Shown here: positions 38,701 to 51,186 of the stretch, piece after piece
Layout of the letters: every line of letters begins with the position of its first letter
Numbering within the stretch: position 1 is the stretch's first letter
Source: Pocillopora damicornis
Lineage: Eukaryota
Reading direction: 5' to 3'
DNA: 64,000 nucleotides
Assembly (NCBI RefSeq): GCF_003704095.1
Contig: NW_020843987.1
Location: forward strand, 124,001 to 188,000
Position numbers and translations under genes: made by a program
The notes under the pieces: model-generated
Told to the model about the DNA's origin: nothing
The model's input: the letters and a program-made list of their open reading frames with translations, nothing else
The model's database searches: none

Positions 38701-39163
38701 TCTTCCCATTAAATCAGGATTTTCAAGAATGAGATTACATCAAGCAGTCTTTTATCGGTTTAAGCAAGACTTTGACGATTTGAAAGAAAAATTAAACAGA
38801 ACTTTATCAAATAGCACTAAACGTCATCTTTACACCATAAAGGGCGGATAAATGACGCCAAATATTTCCTGCACGGTTATTTGAGTCACCCGCCTGTTAT
38901 TGTGAAATGATAAACTTTCTAACGCACACAGTTAATTGTTAAATCGCGCGCGCGCATTCGTAAAGGCGAAACATTAGACACGCATCGAATCGTGACCCTG
39001 CACTTCAGAGGTTTGGCCGATCACAGCGACGTAAACTCGCTAAAAGCTGCTTCGATCGTCAGTTGAGTCAAATGGAACCCTTCTGTGCCACCAACTATTA
39101 AGTTCTAACAGTGAAGAAATTATAAGTTCACAGTACGTTGGTAGAAGTGTCTTACAGCTTAAA

Positions 39164-40666
39164 ATGAATGACAGCGAGGCAGTCTCAGCTGAACCCAATG
39201 GAAGTGCTACCACTTTGTTGCCACGTGATGTTCTGGGAGAATCACAAGCCTTTAATATTACAAAGATATTCTTCTATTTCATTATCCTGTCCGCGAGCAC
39301 TTTTGGTAACAGCATGCTCGCTCATATCATCATTCACACGAGAAAGATGCAAACCGCAAGCAACTTCCTGATCTTAAACTTGGCCCTCTGTGATGTAGTA
39401 ACGCCTTTGATAAGCATCGTGTTTGATTTTATCCTGGAAGAAAATAATTACGAGTGGATCTATGGTGAGGCCATGTGTACAATACTTTGGCCTACACAAA
39501 CTTACTTTACTTGCGCGTCTTCGTTAACCCTTGCTGCAATTTCGCTGGATCGCTACAGAATAATTCTTCATCCTTTCAAGATCAGGCTCTCGAGCAAACA
39601 GATAAGTTTGCTAATTTTTCTGGTACATATATGCTCGCTGGTCGCGGTCATCCCTTACGGTTATTTCCTCGTGCTGAGAGATGGTTCTTGTGGGGAAAAC
39701 TGGCCCAAATTTTCCTACAGACAGGCTTACACACTATTTTTGTTCCTAATTCAGTACGCATTGCCGCTTGTAATAATGATATTTATGTATACAATGGCTG
39801 TCCGAGCGCTTTGTCAAACTTCGAAGAGAACACGCGACAAGTCAATACGTGCAAGAACTCCGCAATTTATTGTCAAGAAACTTAAATTTGAGGCCAAACA
39901 GCAAGAAATACAACGTGGACTATCCAAAACCCATTACACATTTATCAGACGACTTAGCAAGCTCAAGACACGGGACATTTGGAAGACTCCTAATGCCAGA
40001 GCCACAAAAATGTTCATAGTCATTGTGACTGTCTTTGCAATATTTATGTTCCCTAATCAAATTGTGTGGATGTGGGCAGATTTCGGCGGAGGGATAAATC
40101 ATCCAAACTTCAGCAAACTTTCCATCATATGCTGGTTGTTTACATACACCAACAGCGTCGTAAATCCGGTCATTTTTGGTCTGTTTAGCAAAGACTTTCG
40201 CAAAGGTTTTAGGAGGATTTTTCGGAGCCTGCTGCGCTGCGAGAGATTAATCGGCAAAGAGGATCTTGTAAGATCACGACGTCAAAGTACTAGCAAAACT
40301 CGTTCAGAAACTACGGAATCACATGGAATGGATTACGGATCGTGTACAAAGGAAAGCAACTTGTCCTGTCTTATTCAAGATGAACAAAAGACACCCATGT
40401 TGGAAAGAAAAACTTATCACCAGTTTAATGAAATGTCCCCACCTTCACCTCAACCAAATTTCGCTTCGAACAGAACCGCGATAGAATCTTTCGGCAAGCA
40501 AACGTTATCGAGCCCGCCAAGGGCTTTTGAACTTGGAGATGCGGCAGCTTGTCACTTTAATGGCCCTCTAAGAGAAAATTCTGTTGAACAATGGCATACT
40601 TTGTCTACTTCAGACTCTCACATTTTGACCGATGCGCTGAACAGTTCGCCGGAAACTAACTGTTAG
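39164..40666 (+). CDS. Class A GPCR, neuropeptide-receptor-like, 500 aa (GPCR-3)
   Basis: GNSML, NLALCD, WIYG..MC, DRY, FAIFMFP, NPVIF; ends ETNC. Confidence 0.93.
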   Translation: MNDSEAVSAEPNGSATTLLPRDVLGESQAFNITKIFFYFIILSASTFGNSMLAHIIIHTRKMQTASNFLILNLALCDVVTPLISIVFDFILEENNYEWIYGEAMCTILWPTQTYFTCASSLTLAAISLDRYRIILHPFKIRLSSKQISLLIFLVHICSLVAVIPYGYFLVLRDGSCGENWPKFSYRQAYTLFLFLIQYALPLVIMIFMYTMAVRALCQTSKRTRDKSIRARTPQFIVKKLKFEAKQQEIQRGLSKTHYTFIRRLSKLKTRDIWKTPNARATKMFIVIVTVFAIFMFPNQIVWMWADFGGGINHPNFSKLSIICWLFTYTNSVVNPVIFGLFSKDFRKGFRRIFRSLLRCERLIGKEDLVRSRRQSTSKTRSETTESHGMDYGSCTKESNLSCLIQDEQKTPMLERKTYHQFNEMSPPSPQPNFASNRTAIESFGKQTLSSPPRAFELGDAAACHFNGPLRENSVEQWHTLSTSDSHILTDALNSSPETNC

Positions 40667-43600
40667 CGGCCCACCGCAAGATTGATGAACACTAGAAGGG
40701 GTCAGACTTGTTCATCACGAGGTTATATGTGAATTCCGATGAGATTTCCTATCGGCATTGTAGAATCGCCATTGGACGTATAATTCACGCTGTGTTGATT
40801 TCAAAAGAGTTCTTAATGGAGCAATGCAGTTTTATGCTCAAAGTTTTCTGATAACGAAGTAGCTTTGCACATCAGATTATAATCCAACACTCTATTCGAC
40901 CGTCGCCTTATTGCTGTTCTGAATCGTCAAGTGTTGCCCAACTGCAATATCAGAGAGGAAAAAAGGCTCTCTACTTTACTCTTATAACTCATCTGTAGCT
41001 CATAAAGAAATCACGCAAAGCAAAAGTACGAAATCTAGGAGTACTCCCGCGAAGAAGCTTGAAAACGGTGGCTATCATTATATTGCCAAGGCAAGCATTC
41101 TTTGGTAGGAACGTTTCTTGAGTAACACCAAATGGCGTCATTTCTTCAAATTTTTTATAATAATCTTCGTGTTCTTGGTTTTAATCCAAAAATTTTGGTT
41201 TATTTTCCCTTTTAGGATTTCCACCCTCCCACGTTTTTCTTTAATACAGCTTTTCATTATTATCTCATTTGACGAGAGTTAACTTACAAATTCCGGAAAA
41301 GTGGTAGGAAGTTGGCTTGTCTTTGTAACCATAAATACACTTTCTATAATTTATTTTCAGTCTTGAGAAGCAGTCTTGCTCTCCAAAACAGCAAATCTAA
41401 GAAATTTCGAATCAAAACGCAACGCAAGGCTTTTAAAGAGCAAATCCTTGTATGCCTCAGGCAATGCAACGCGACCCGCCGTACAGCAAAATTTCTTAAT
41501 CAACGACTTCTTTGTTGCACAAATGCATATCATTCCCAAAATATATCATATGTTTGTCGACGTCTTTGTTAGTCAAGTGTCTCGATGAGAAAGCGTTAGT
41601 CATGGTCCAGCATCATCATCAGGCAATACCGTCAGTATGAAATGATTGGAAATATCCAATAAAAAGGAGGCGTGGGAAGATTAGATCTTAAGATTCAATA
41701 AAATTGTGAAAGATGCGCTTGGAAAAAATTCTTCCTTTTTAGTTAGAATTGATTTGCAGTGTACTCTTCGTCGTTCAACAACAAAATCAAAATAACATGA
41801 AGGAAATGAAGAGAAACAGGCGAACATATGGAAAAAGAGAGAATGAAAAGGTATAGGAATCTTCGGCGGGGTCAAATATACAATATGAATTTCCATCAAA
41901 ATCAATGCGGTTTGTTAACGATTTCAGCTCACTCTTGGTATTTCATTTGCTCCTTGGGTGTAAAAGACTTCTGTTGTTGTAAAATCATTGTGTTTGTGGT
42001 TAATTTTGATGTTTTGTCGATTTTCGTTTCCCGTAATTACAACACTGTTAAGCATGTTTGGAAGTACTCAGAGAAGTCGTCTGCCATATTTATAATCAAC
42101 GAGGCGGTGTTTTAGACAGAGGGGATTATTTTGTGCTGTTTTTATGTACGGGTCGAGTGTGTTTCCTGTTTAAGAATGTCCTGCTTTTCCGTTCCGTCCT
42201 CGCACGAACAAGTTTGTCGTCGATGTGTTCTAGTTGAGATGATTAAATTTTCTACACCAACCAACGTTGTTGAATGATAGAGTCTTTTGTTCAAAGGAAA
42301 TCTCTCGTTCCACTGTCATCCTCTGCTTTTCCATTATATCAAGCTATGGGTTCCTGCTATTCAATTTCCGGATCTTTTCTTTTCACATCTGCCAGAGTTC
42401 ATGACCAATAAATGTGCATTCCTTAAAAGGGAAGCACTTTGACTGATACGATAATCTTGTTACAAGGGCTTTGCAGCTTTTAAAACTACTTAGTACCGTT
42501 AGAACTGAGAGCAGTTCTCTAGGCCGATAACATTGCTTTCAGCAAGGAATAAACTTCAATAACTTTGAAGCTGCTTTCAGTATAGTGTGCGAAAATGGCT
42601 AAGTTCAACGAGAACTTGTGTGGCGAATGTTATATGCGTAGCGTGCAAAAACGGTTGGACGGCGAGGCGAGGAATTTCGTATCAATTCTGTCAATTCAAG
42701 CCCAGACATTTGTAGACTATACGAAATACATTATATGGTGGAGGCTATGGATTTTTTTTATTGTTAACAGATATTGTGACGGGCTGACATGACAACTACA
42801 ATTGGTGAAATAATTTCGTAGGTTTTCGTCATTCATCACGTTTGACTTTGCAGACATCAAGATCCTAAAATCCGTTCCGGAATTCAGCTGAATTTTGAGC
42901 CAAAAAAAGGAACTGGATAAATCGAGAGAGGAAATCATCATCGAGCTCTCTAGATTTTATCCTGGATATCGTAGCTAAGAATAACGAAAACAAGACAATT
43001 TTCGAAGAAAATTCTCCACTCTAAGATTCCGCGACGGAAAGATAGGGTCAAAATAATAGATTCCGAGATTGTAAAATTCAACGGAGATATTGTGATACCT
43101 TTACGTTTGGACATTTTGTCGACGCCGACATTTATAATTCCTTAGTTATGGGAAAATCCTTAATTTCTTTGCCTTGACGAATTAAGAAATCGAAAAATCA
43201 TGAAGAATTGAAGGAACGAAAGCTCTCTCATACGTTTCAATCGTCTTTGCCTTCGACAAGGCTTCATCGAACAACACCGAGGAAAAAATCAACAACAGAG
43301 ACATAACTAAAGCTTGAGTCAGTTATAACTCTAGTGTCTAAATAAAAAAACTCTATTCGGCTAAATGAAATCAGGGCTGAGATCTCGAAAATATTGTTCG
43401 ATGAATTTCGGCCTGTGGGGTGATTTTTAGCGTGACTCGTAAATTGGATTTAAAATGGACGGTTCTAGTGTTGAGACTTTTGTTAACGAGGTTACATTTC
43501 GCCAGTGCGCCCAAAGATTTCCTGTATTTCGGGCTGGAGTCGATAAAACTTTGTCTTAATAATAATAATAACAAATAATTTGATTAATGTCTTATTCCGG

Positions 43601-45893
43601 GTTGTTCTGAACTGAGCCGATTATCAATATTTAATTACTGAGCTCAATTACGCTAGATTACAGCAGCTACCCCAGTATTTGAAATAACTTGGATACTATC
43701 TGACAGTTGCATGTAGAAATAAGATGTAACCTCAACTCCAACTGAAGAAAGCCACCAGTATCATGTCTCTGAATCAGATATATTCAATTGCAATTATGAT
43801 CTAGATTCACGCAAATAAAGTGCATTTTAACCCTTTACACCATAACATCAGTATGCCAAAATGTCCTCCATACATCTGTTAAGATGCTGACAAGCATAAT
43901 TTGTTTTACAATCATGAGCTTCTTGAGTTGGGGATCAATTCCTTTACTCTGAAGCTAGCATCTGCGTAAAATGGCTATGCTTGTTTTCCAGAATCCTATT
44001 TCAAACTACTGGAAGTAGTTTAATTTGGTCAGTAACACAATGCACAAAAGGAAACGGCTCTTAGTAGCGGAGGAGCGGAGCAGTAAAAGCGAGGTGGTTT
44101 GGTTTCTACGGGACTTGACCCAGACCTCCCTCGGTTTCGGTCTTCAACTAGCGATACGCGTTTCCTATTTCGCTCTGTTTTACTAAATGCCTGAAGCGCA
44201 ATTTTACAAACGCTATTTAATGAGCGCAAGAGATGATGGATATGTATTGTCTTGCATTGAAGAGCGTTAAACAAAATATAGAATATAGACAATCGATGAA
44301 ATCTTGAGTCTGCAAAGAAAGTTAATAGTGATTTCCAAATGCGTGAAATTTCACGAATATTTTTCCGGCAAAGATTTTATTGGCGTAACATTAAAAAATT
44401 ATACAGAAACAAACCATAAAGAAATTGAGTTTGAAAAGAAAGCTAGCACGGATTTTCACTGCCGCGTTTTTCCATGTAACAGGAATTCATTTTATTGGAT
44501 TTATGTATTGATAATAAAATACAGACAGTTTATAGACAGCTTGCGGGAACAAAGAAGATTAATGTGGCCTTAACCACAGACGCGAGCTCTTCGAACATTC
44601 TGTTATATATGTTCGTGGGGCCAAGAAATAAGAATTACGCCTCGCGCGAGAACTCCTCTATTCAAACTCTAACGAGGCAAGCTCCTTCTAAAAAACCCTA
44701 TGTTTTATGTTAACGACAACGCAGAGTAAGTGGAATTGAAGCTTATTAACGTTCTTGAAATTATGCGACAGCGCAAATCATGACCAGCTCTGAGCCATGT
44801 AACAACATCTTTTCCGCAGACACATGTTGTCTAGACAAAGTTAACGCGCGTGAAATTACGCGGCTGTGAAAATCCAAGCTTGGTGGGTGAAAATAGTAGC
44901 CTGACACCTCTCCTATGTCTCGCCATGCATTGCGATGCAGTGGTCACTTAGTGATGAAATTACACTTCAAAAATAGTTGCTGCCACTTAATTTTCGATAA
45001 CCTAAATATTTAATGTCCTTATTCCAAAAATCGTGCTAAACGCATATCGATGTTGATAGTTCCGGCTGCATGTTTGTTTATATAGTCCAGCCCTGAATGA
45101 GCGAGAAACATTCTTCGAGTTAATGAAATTGTATCATTCAGATACGCTTTCGATAAATATTCTGAGATAGTATTAAACCTAATCCATTTTCTAATACTGA
45201 CGAGTGACAACAGATGCTCAAAGTAGACAAGAAAAATAAATATTTATGTTTATTAAAAGTGGCGCACACGACTTAAAACTTTTAAGAGCATTCTTGCAAA
45301 GCTATCTCAACTGATTATGGAATTTTTCCACGTAATGAAAACGTTTAAGTTTTCATTTGACCATTTAGACGTTGTCGCCAGCCAAGGATATTTTAAATAT
45401 TTTGAATTTTTCCTTTTCTGTTTTCTCATGTTGGTTGTTTTGTATACTGACACGGCATTGTATTGTTACGCTCCTAGCAGCGCTTACGTTGAGCCCAAGA
45501 GGGGTGGGGACCCATACCATGTGTGAGGCATTTGATTTGCAAGGAAAAGTTTTGGTCCAAATTTCCACCGCCAGGCCCGAAAATGAGTAAAAACAGATCA
45601 AAAGTTGAAAATGAGATCCCTTAAGGATACAGATATGTAGTGTTTAGTATATGAGAGGCTAATATGAATTCCGAGTTTTGAGAATTTTACCGCGTGTTTT
45701 CCAAGATGGCCGCATAGAACACTTATGATTTGGAAGCATTCCTCCTTGCAAAAAGGTCTTATTTCTTTATCTTAAGGCCCAGATTCTTGATCAAATTTCT
45801 GAGAGCATTTGGGTGCAGCATACGAAAATGGGATCAATATCAGTATCTGGGCAACTGCCCACCTACCCCTCCCCTAACTCAACAACAGTCAGT

Positions 45894-46075
45894 AGGTAAT
45901 TTAGTGTTAACAACTGGGTTGAAAACGTAAATTAGCCACCATAAAGGGTAAAAAAGCTGACGTTTCGAGCGTTAGCCCTTCGTCAGAGCGATTAGAGGAA
46001 TTGTGGGTTGTGTGTGGATTTATATGTAGAAAGTGGAGCTACAGCATTGGTGGGAATATGGTTATATGGCGACAA
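45894..46075 (-). mobile_element. Penelope-like element 3' (pseudo-LTR) fragment
   Basis: The reverse complement is colinear with 62412-62590, which follows a GIY-YIG remnant. Confidence 0.8.
45956..45989 (-). ncRNA. Minimal type I hammerhead ribozyme motif (Penelope-associated)
   Basis: The minus strand reads GCT-CTGACGA-A-GGGC-TAAC-GCTC-GAAACGTC-AGC: intact CUGANGA and GAAA core, stem I GCT/AGC, stem II GGGC/GCTC, palindromic ACGT as stem III. Confidence 0.75.
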
Positions 46076-46478
46076 CGCTGGTATCATTACAAGCTTTAGT
46101 ATTGACCTCAGCTGGGCGCAGTTTCAGTTCAAAAGAAGAACGTTTTCAAAATTTGATGCCCAAAAGTTGATTCGTTACAATGAACCATTTCTTATCATAT
46201 TGTTTGTAATCTCTGTGCTGTTTTAAGTTAAATAAAGATGAATTGCATTTACATCAGCAGGTGCTTGAAATACGATTTAATGCTTTTTTAAAGCGGAGCT
46301 CGCAGAGCGTAGCCCCATAATTATACAAAATAGTAGTAACCCATCAAGTCGAAAAATTTGGATGTACGACCGTACGAACATACAAGGTGCTACTTTTAAC
46401 ATGCGAAAAGAAGAAATGCGAGCTCCGCTCACACCATGAACATAAATAAACCGTCGGACATGCCTAAGGGAATTCACG

Positions 46479-47948
46479 TCAACAATTCGTTTCGGGAAGT
46501 TCCCGAAGTACATCGTGTAACGCTGAAGGTTTCCATGCCTCCGAAATCATTCTTGCGTCATCGAAAGAGCGCGCAGTCTCTGAATTGCCATGGATTCTAG
46601 GATTTAAACAGTCTCTGCGAACAATTTCTCGTAAGGGTTCCGTGCCATCCCAAGAAAATCGAACAGGAGAGTTGTTTGATAGCATTGGCCGAGTGGGCCC
46701 TGCGGCTAAATTTAGTGAAAGTCTTACGCCTTGAATTTCGCAACATGGACTCTTTCTATTACGGTGTCTAGCAGGTTGGGAAATATTTGTTGATTCAGAA
46801 CAATTCGCGGACCCTACGATTGTGGCTAAATCGCTTAGTGTATCATCCCGGCCTGCAAAATATTTCACACGAGCTGGGCTTGAGCTATCTAAAATGGCGT
46901 TCCTACTGATTTTGCGAACGTATTTCCTGGTTTCGTTGCTAATCTTTCTCAAGGGCTTCATGGTTGTGCGGCCAATCTTTGCATACCCGGACCTGAATTC
47001 TTTGTTTTTCAAGGCATAAATGAACGGGTTTAACACACTATTAGCGTAAGTAAAAATACGGCACGCTACAGAAATATAATGAAAAAATCTGTTGTTGGCG
47101 CCATTTCCGAAGTCCACCCAAATCCAAAGAACTTGATTCGGGAACATGCTGATGGCGAACACAACGACGACAAGAACAAACATCTTTGCCAAACGAATGT
47201 TCTGCTCTTTCCTTTTAAATTCAATATTTTTATCACTGATGGTCGATGATGGTCTTTTGAAGGATCTTTTGCTTTGCTTATCTGTAGAGAATAATCTTTT
47301 CGTGCTTGCTCGCAAGCTGCGATGTATGAGAGAGTACGCCACAGTCATTGTCATTAAAGGTAAGGCGTACTGGAACAGAAACAATACAACTGTATATGCT
47401 TGTCTATGGCCAAAACTTGGCCAGGCCTCATCGCAGGAGTCTTCTTTGTCGTTGAGTTCCAAAGAAATGAAATAGGGAATACACAAGCCAATTGAGAAAG
47501 CGTGTATAGTGCACACAATCATCACCATCGTTTCCATCGAGACACGTTTAGCAAACGGGTTCGCAAGAGTTCTAAGCCTATCTAAGCTGATGACTGCCAG
47601 AGTCAACGAAGAGGAAGTTGAAAACGCCGTCTGGAATGGCCACAAAACTTTGCAAATAGCTCTTCCAAATGGCCAAACGTAGTTCAATTCTTCCAGGGCT
47701 AAATCAAAGGGAATGCTCAGAGCTGGAATGACGAGGTCACACACGGCCAAGTTCAGAATCAACAGATTGGCTGGTGTCCTTTTTCCTTTGGCCCTCAAGA
47801 TGACGGTTACGACCAAACTGTTGCCGATACAACTTAAAATGAAGATTAAAACGTACAGTAATACCTTAACCACTCGAAACTCTAGATATTCCAAGTTGGA
47901 TAGGACACCAGTTATATTACTTGCCATGGTGCTTTCATTTACAGCCAT
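46479..47948 (-). CDS. Class A GPCR, neuropeptide-receptor-like, 489 aa from first ATG (GPCR-4)
   Basis: GNSLV, NLAVCD, SIPFDLALEE, WPFG..IC, DRL, FAISMFP, NPFIY; ends ETNC. First ATG at 47948. Confidence 0.93.
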   Translation of the reverse strand: MAVNESTMASNITGVLSNLEYLEFRVVKVLLYVLIFILSCIGNSLVVTVILRAKGKRTPANLLILNLAVCDLVIPALSIPFDLALEELNYVWPFGRAICKVLWPFQTAFSTSSSLTLAVISLDRLRTLANPFAKRVSMETMVMIVCTIHAFSIGLCIPYFISLELNDKEDSCDEAWPSFGHRQAYTVVLFLFQYALPLMTMTVAYSLIHRSLRASTKRLFSTDKQSKRSFKRPSSTISDKNIEFKRKEQNIRLAKMFVLVVVVFAISMFPNQVLWIWVDFGNGANNRFFHYISVACRIFTYANSVLNPFIYALKNKEFRSGYAKIGRTTMKPLRKISNETRKYVRKISRNAILDSSSPARVKYFAGRDDTLSDLATIVGSANCSESTNISQPARHRNRKSPCCEIQGVRLSLNLAAGPTRPMLSNNSPVRFSWDGTEPLREIVRRDCLNPRIHGNSETARSFDDARMISEAWKPSALHDVLRELPETNC

Positions 47949-49623
47949 TTTCAAATGATACACTCAACACAAAAAATGACGGTTGTGTTTGTTACGTGCC
48001 CTCCTTTAGGTTTACCGAGACAGTTACGAAAGACTGGCCGATGAAATCAGCACGTGATTGCTGTTCGCCACTAAAGGCACTGACGGAATGGCAAGAGACG
48101 GGCGATTTGAATTCGTGGTCTATTCATGGTCTCAGTGTTTGCCCACCGACGCCAGACGCCGTCATATCCGGACGATGAGATCGATAAATGCAACATACTT
48201 AAACCAGTGACCTTTACATGGTTTGTTCCTTTAGTAAACTAAAACCACGCAGTTACTATTGATGAACCAGACAGGCGCCGATACAATAATACAAAGACAA
48301 ATAAATAATGAGATCTTAGCAGGAGGTATTAAAAAAACAAACAGAAAAACAGATTAGCAGAAAGTGGCTCTCCAAGAATTTGGGGGCGAAGGAAAGGCGA
48401 ATAGTAGTGAAATTCCTGCTCCGTTGTTTGACAGTGAAAGAAAAATCAATATATTTACGCAGCACAAAAGACGTGACTTATCCTGCGTGGGGATACATCA
48501 AAGGCGGCTCTCATAAACTCATCAAAGTAAGAACACCATTTAAACTTTATTAAAACATCAACAAGTTTCCGCACAATTGTGACAAAAGGAAGGCGCGCTT
48601 ACTAGGGTCACACGAGTGATTGATTTGTATATCGCTGACTAATCAAAGGATAGATCATTTCATCGTAATACCTGACGAAGTCATTTAAAATCATTCGGTG
48701 GACGTCAAGGGCTTCTTCATTTTGTTGAGTAAAGCTATTATGAGAGACTACCCTCAATAAAATACTGTTGGTGAACGAATGAGAAGCAAAACAGCCCACT
48801 CCACTTTTTTGCCGAAAAAAACCTAGTCATTCCCCATCTGTGGAGCATCCAGATACCCAACTAACAATGATCCACTTCAAGAATTAACTAAGCTGATTTC
48901 TAGAACATTAGTAACACGTAGTAGGGACAATCCCAAACCACATTTGGCAAAAGTGCACAATGAATGGCCTAACCACAAGACCACACTGCAGCCAAACAGG
49001 AATTCGACTCATTATTGTTTTAATCAAAGCTCTACTTAAAGGCTATTTCAGCGTTGTGGTAAGCTAACTATAGTAAACTTATGCTTCAGTGTAGGAAAGT
49101 GGGTGTGTCGAAATCATAATCAATTGAATTGTTAGTAATACCTTAATCCATGTCGTTTGTCGGAAGCTTTTAAGACTACAATGATGTTTTAAATAGCTTT
49201 GACTATTTCTAAGTAAGGGATCGGATTAACACTCGAATTAGGTTGTCAAAATTTCAGCCCCGTATCTGTGTATGCATCGGCTGGCAGAAAGTCAGCGAGT
49301 TGAGGTCACGTCTCAGACTAGTCGTGCGCCGAATCATGATTATAGCAGAACAAAATTTGAAGGAGTACGATCTTTGGAATGCACATATTACCGCCCAGCT
49401 AATTTCATACTAGACTAATCTGTCGAATTTTTACTATTGTCATTGTTATTGGATTTCCCACACCCGCTGACCCGCCTATACTTACGCGAATGCCATGAAA
49501 AAATACTACTTTGGTTCAACTACAAGAGAAACCCAAGTGTTAGATTTCAAGGACGACAGTGATAGAAATGAAAAATCTATATGGACTATAGCGCACTTTG
49601 TCAAAACCAAAGTAATCATGTCA

Positions 49624-49899
49624 CCAGGGTACTTCAGTATTAGCAACTGAGTTGATAGCATAAATTAGCCACCGTAAAGAGTTTAAAAGCTGACATTTCG
49701 AGCGTTAGCCCCTAGTCAGAGTAATTGTGTTCGATCCCAGTCGCTCTGACGAAGGGCTAACGCTCGAAACTTCAGCTTTTAAACTCTTTACGGTGGCCAG
49801 TTTATGTTATCAACTCAGTTGATGATACTAAATTACCCTGTTATACTCTCCCACCGGCGCAGCACCACAGTTCTCTTAGAAACTAACCCTCTCATTCAT
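49624..49899 (+). mobile_element. Penelope-like insertion with inverted 5' pseudo-LTR, nested in a MITE
   Basis: Inverted arms at about 49625-49721 and 49744-49840, each with a mutated hammerhead motif. Flanked by TAATCATGTCA (49613-49623) and TAATCATTTCA (49900-49910). Confidence 0.8.
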
Positions 49900-51186
49900 T
49901 AATCATTTCATCAGCCAATCAGGGCAGACATAATATAACAATAAGCTAATGAAAATTCAAAGTAAAAACAAGCGAACTGCTCATTGCACGGGAAAAACGC
50001 GAGTGGGGAGTCACCAGTGGCTTAATCTTTTAATCTGATTGGTTGAGAGGGTAGAACGAGTTTTCTGGACTAATCCCATTGCGGAGTAAAGCAAAACCAA
50101 CGCAATCCCGGATTACTTTCAAAGCAAAATTGAAAATTGCTCTAAACGGCATTAAACAATTAAGCTTGAAAATAAAGAAGATAGAAGTGACTGGTTGAGG
50201 AACCCGGTAGGTATCAAAGATGAGAATATAGGTGCTGCGGCTTAGGTAAAACGTTATCGAGTAGTATTTCTGCCGTAGTATGGCGTTCCTTTGGCTTTAA
50301 ATTTATCTTTTCATGTTCATCACAGTTTCCTGATGAAACCGAAGTATCACGTAAATCCATGGTGAGGCGGAGGAACTACGAGGGAATTTGGATACGGGCA
50401 CCATCCTGATATCGGTCTGTTTCACCTTTCCCTTGTCGCTTATCTCGTAAATTCCAGGCTTGTTTGTTTCTCCTCAAAGGTTGTTACACTTCCCTAACGA
50501 AAACAAATACCTTATACCTCAAAGTGCGACTCTAACTTACTAATTTACATCTTGAAACTAAAGTACTTCAGTTTAACGTCCAGTTTTGTCAATTTAGTGT
50601 TTGTTACGACAGGATATAAACCCATTGCACACGCAAATCATATATCGATAAAATGCGCCCAAAAGAAGAGTAAGTAAATGGTAATGTTTGCAGCTGAGTT
50701 ATATATAGCGAAAGCGTGAACGATTTTCTGGTTCAGCTGGGATCCCAATCTCCGACCTCCAGACACAGCGACAGATTATAGAAGGCATAGCTCAGTTGAA
50801 AGATCACTGTGATCTGAGGTCACAGGCTTGAACCCTGGGGAAAATCTATTTAATTCTTATAAATGTAATTAAAATTTGACCTCAAAGATCATTTCTCATT
50901 TCATGATAATAAATCAAATATCGCATTAAGCCTGTTCCGATATTTTGAACATTTCCGAAATTACAAGGGAAACTATTTAAAAAGGGTTGTATACGACGGA
51001 CAACCCGGCAGGTTTTGAAACGACACATTTTATTCGACTCTTTTAATTTTTCCCAGCTGCGTTTATCATTATTAATTTCTTGTAATCGTTTCAGCTGAGA
51101 TTAGGGGCAGGATTGGAACGAGAGTTCTTTCACTATCGAGGTGAATGTAGTAATGCCTGATGGCCGGACTTTCATTCACAATTCCT

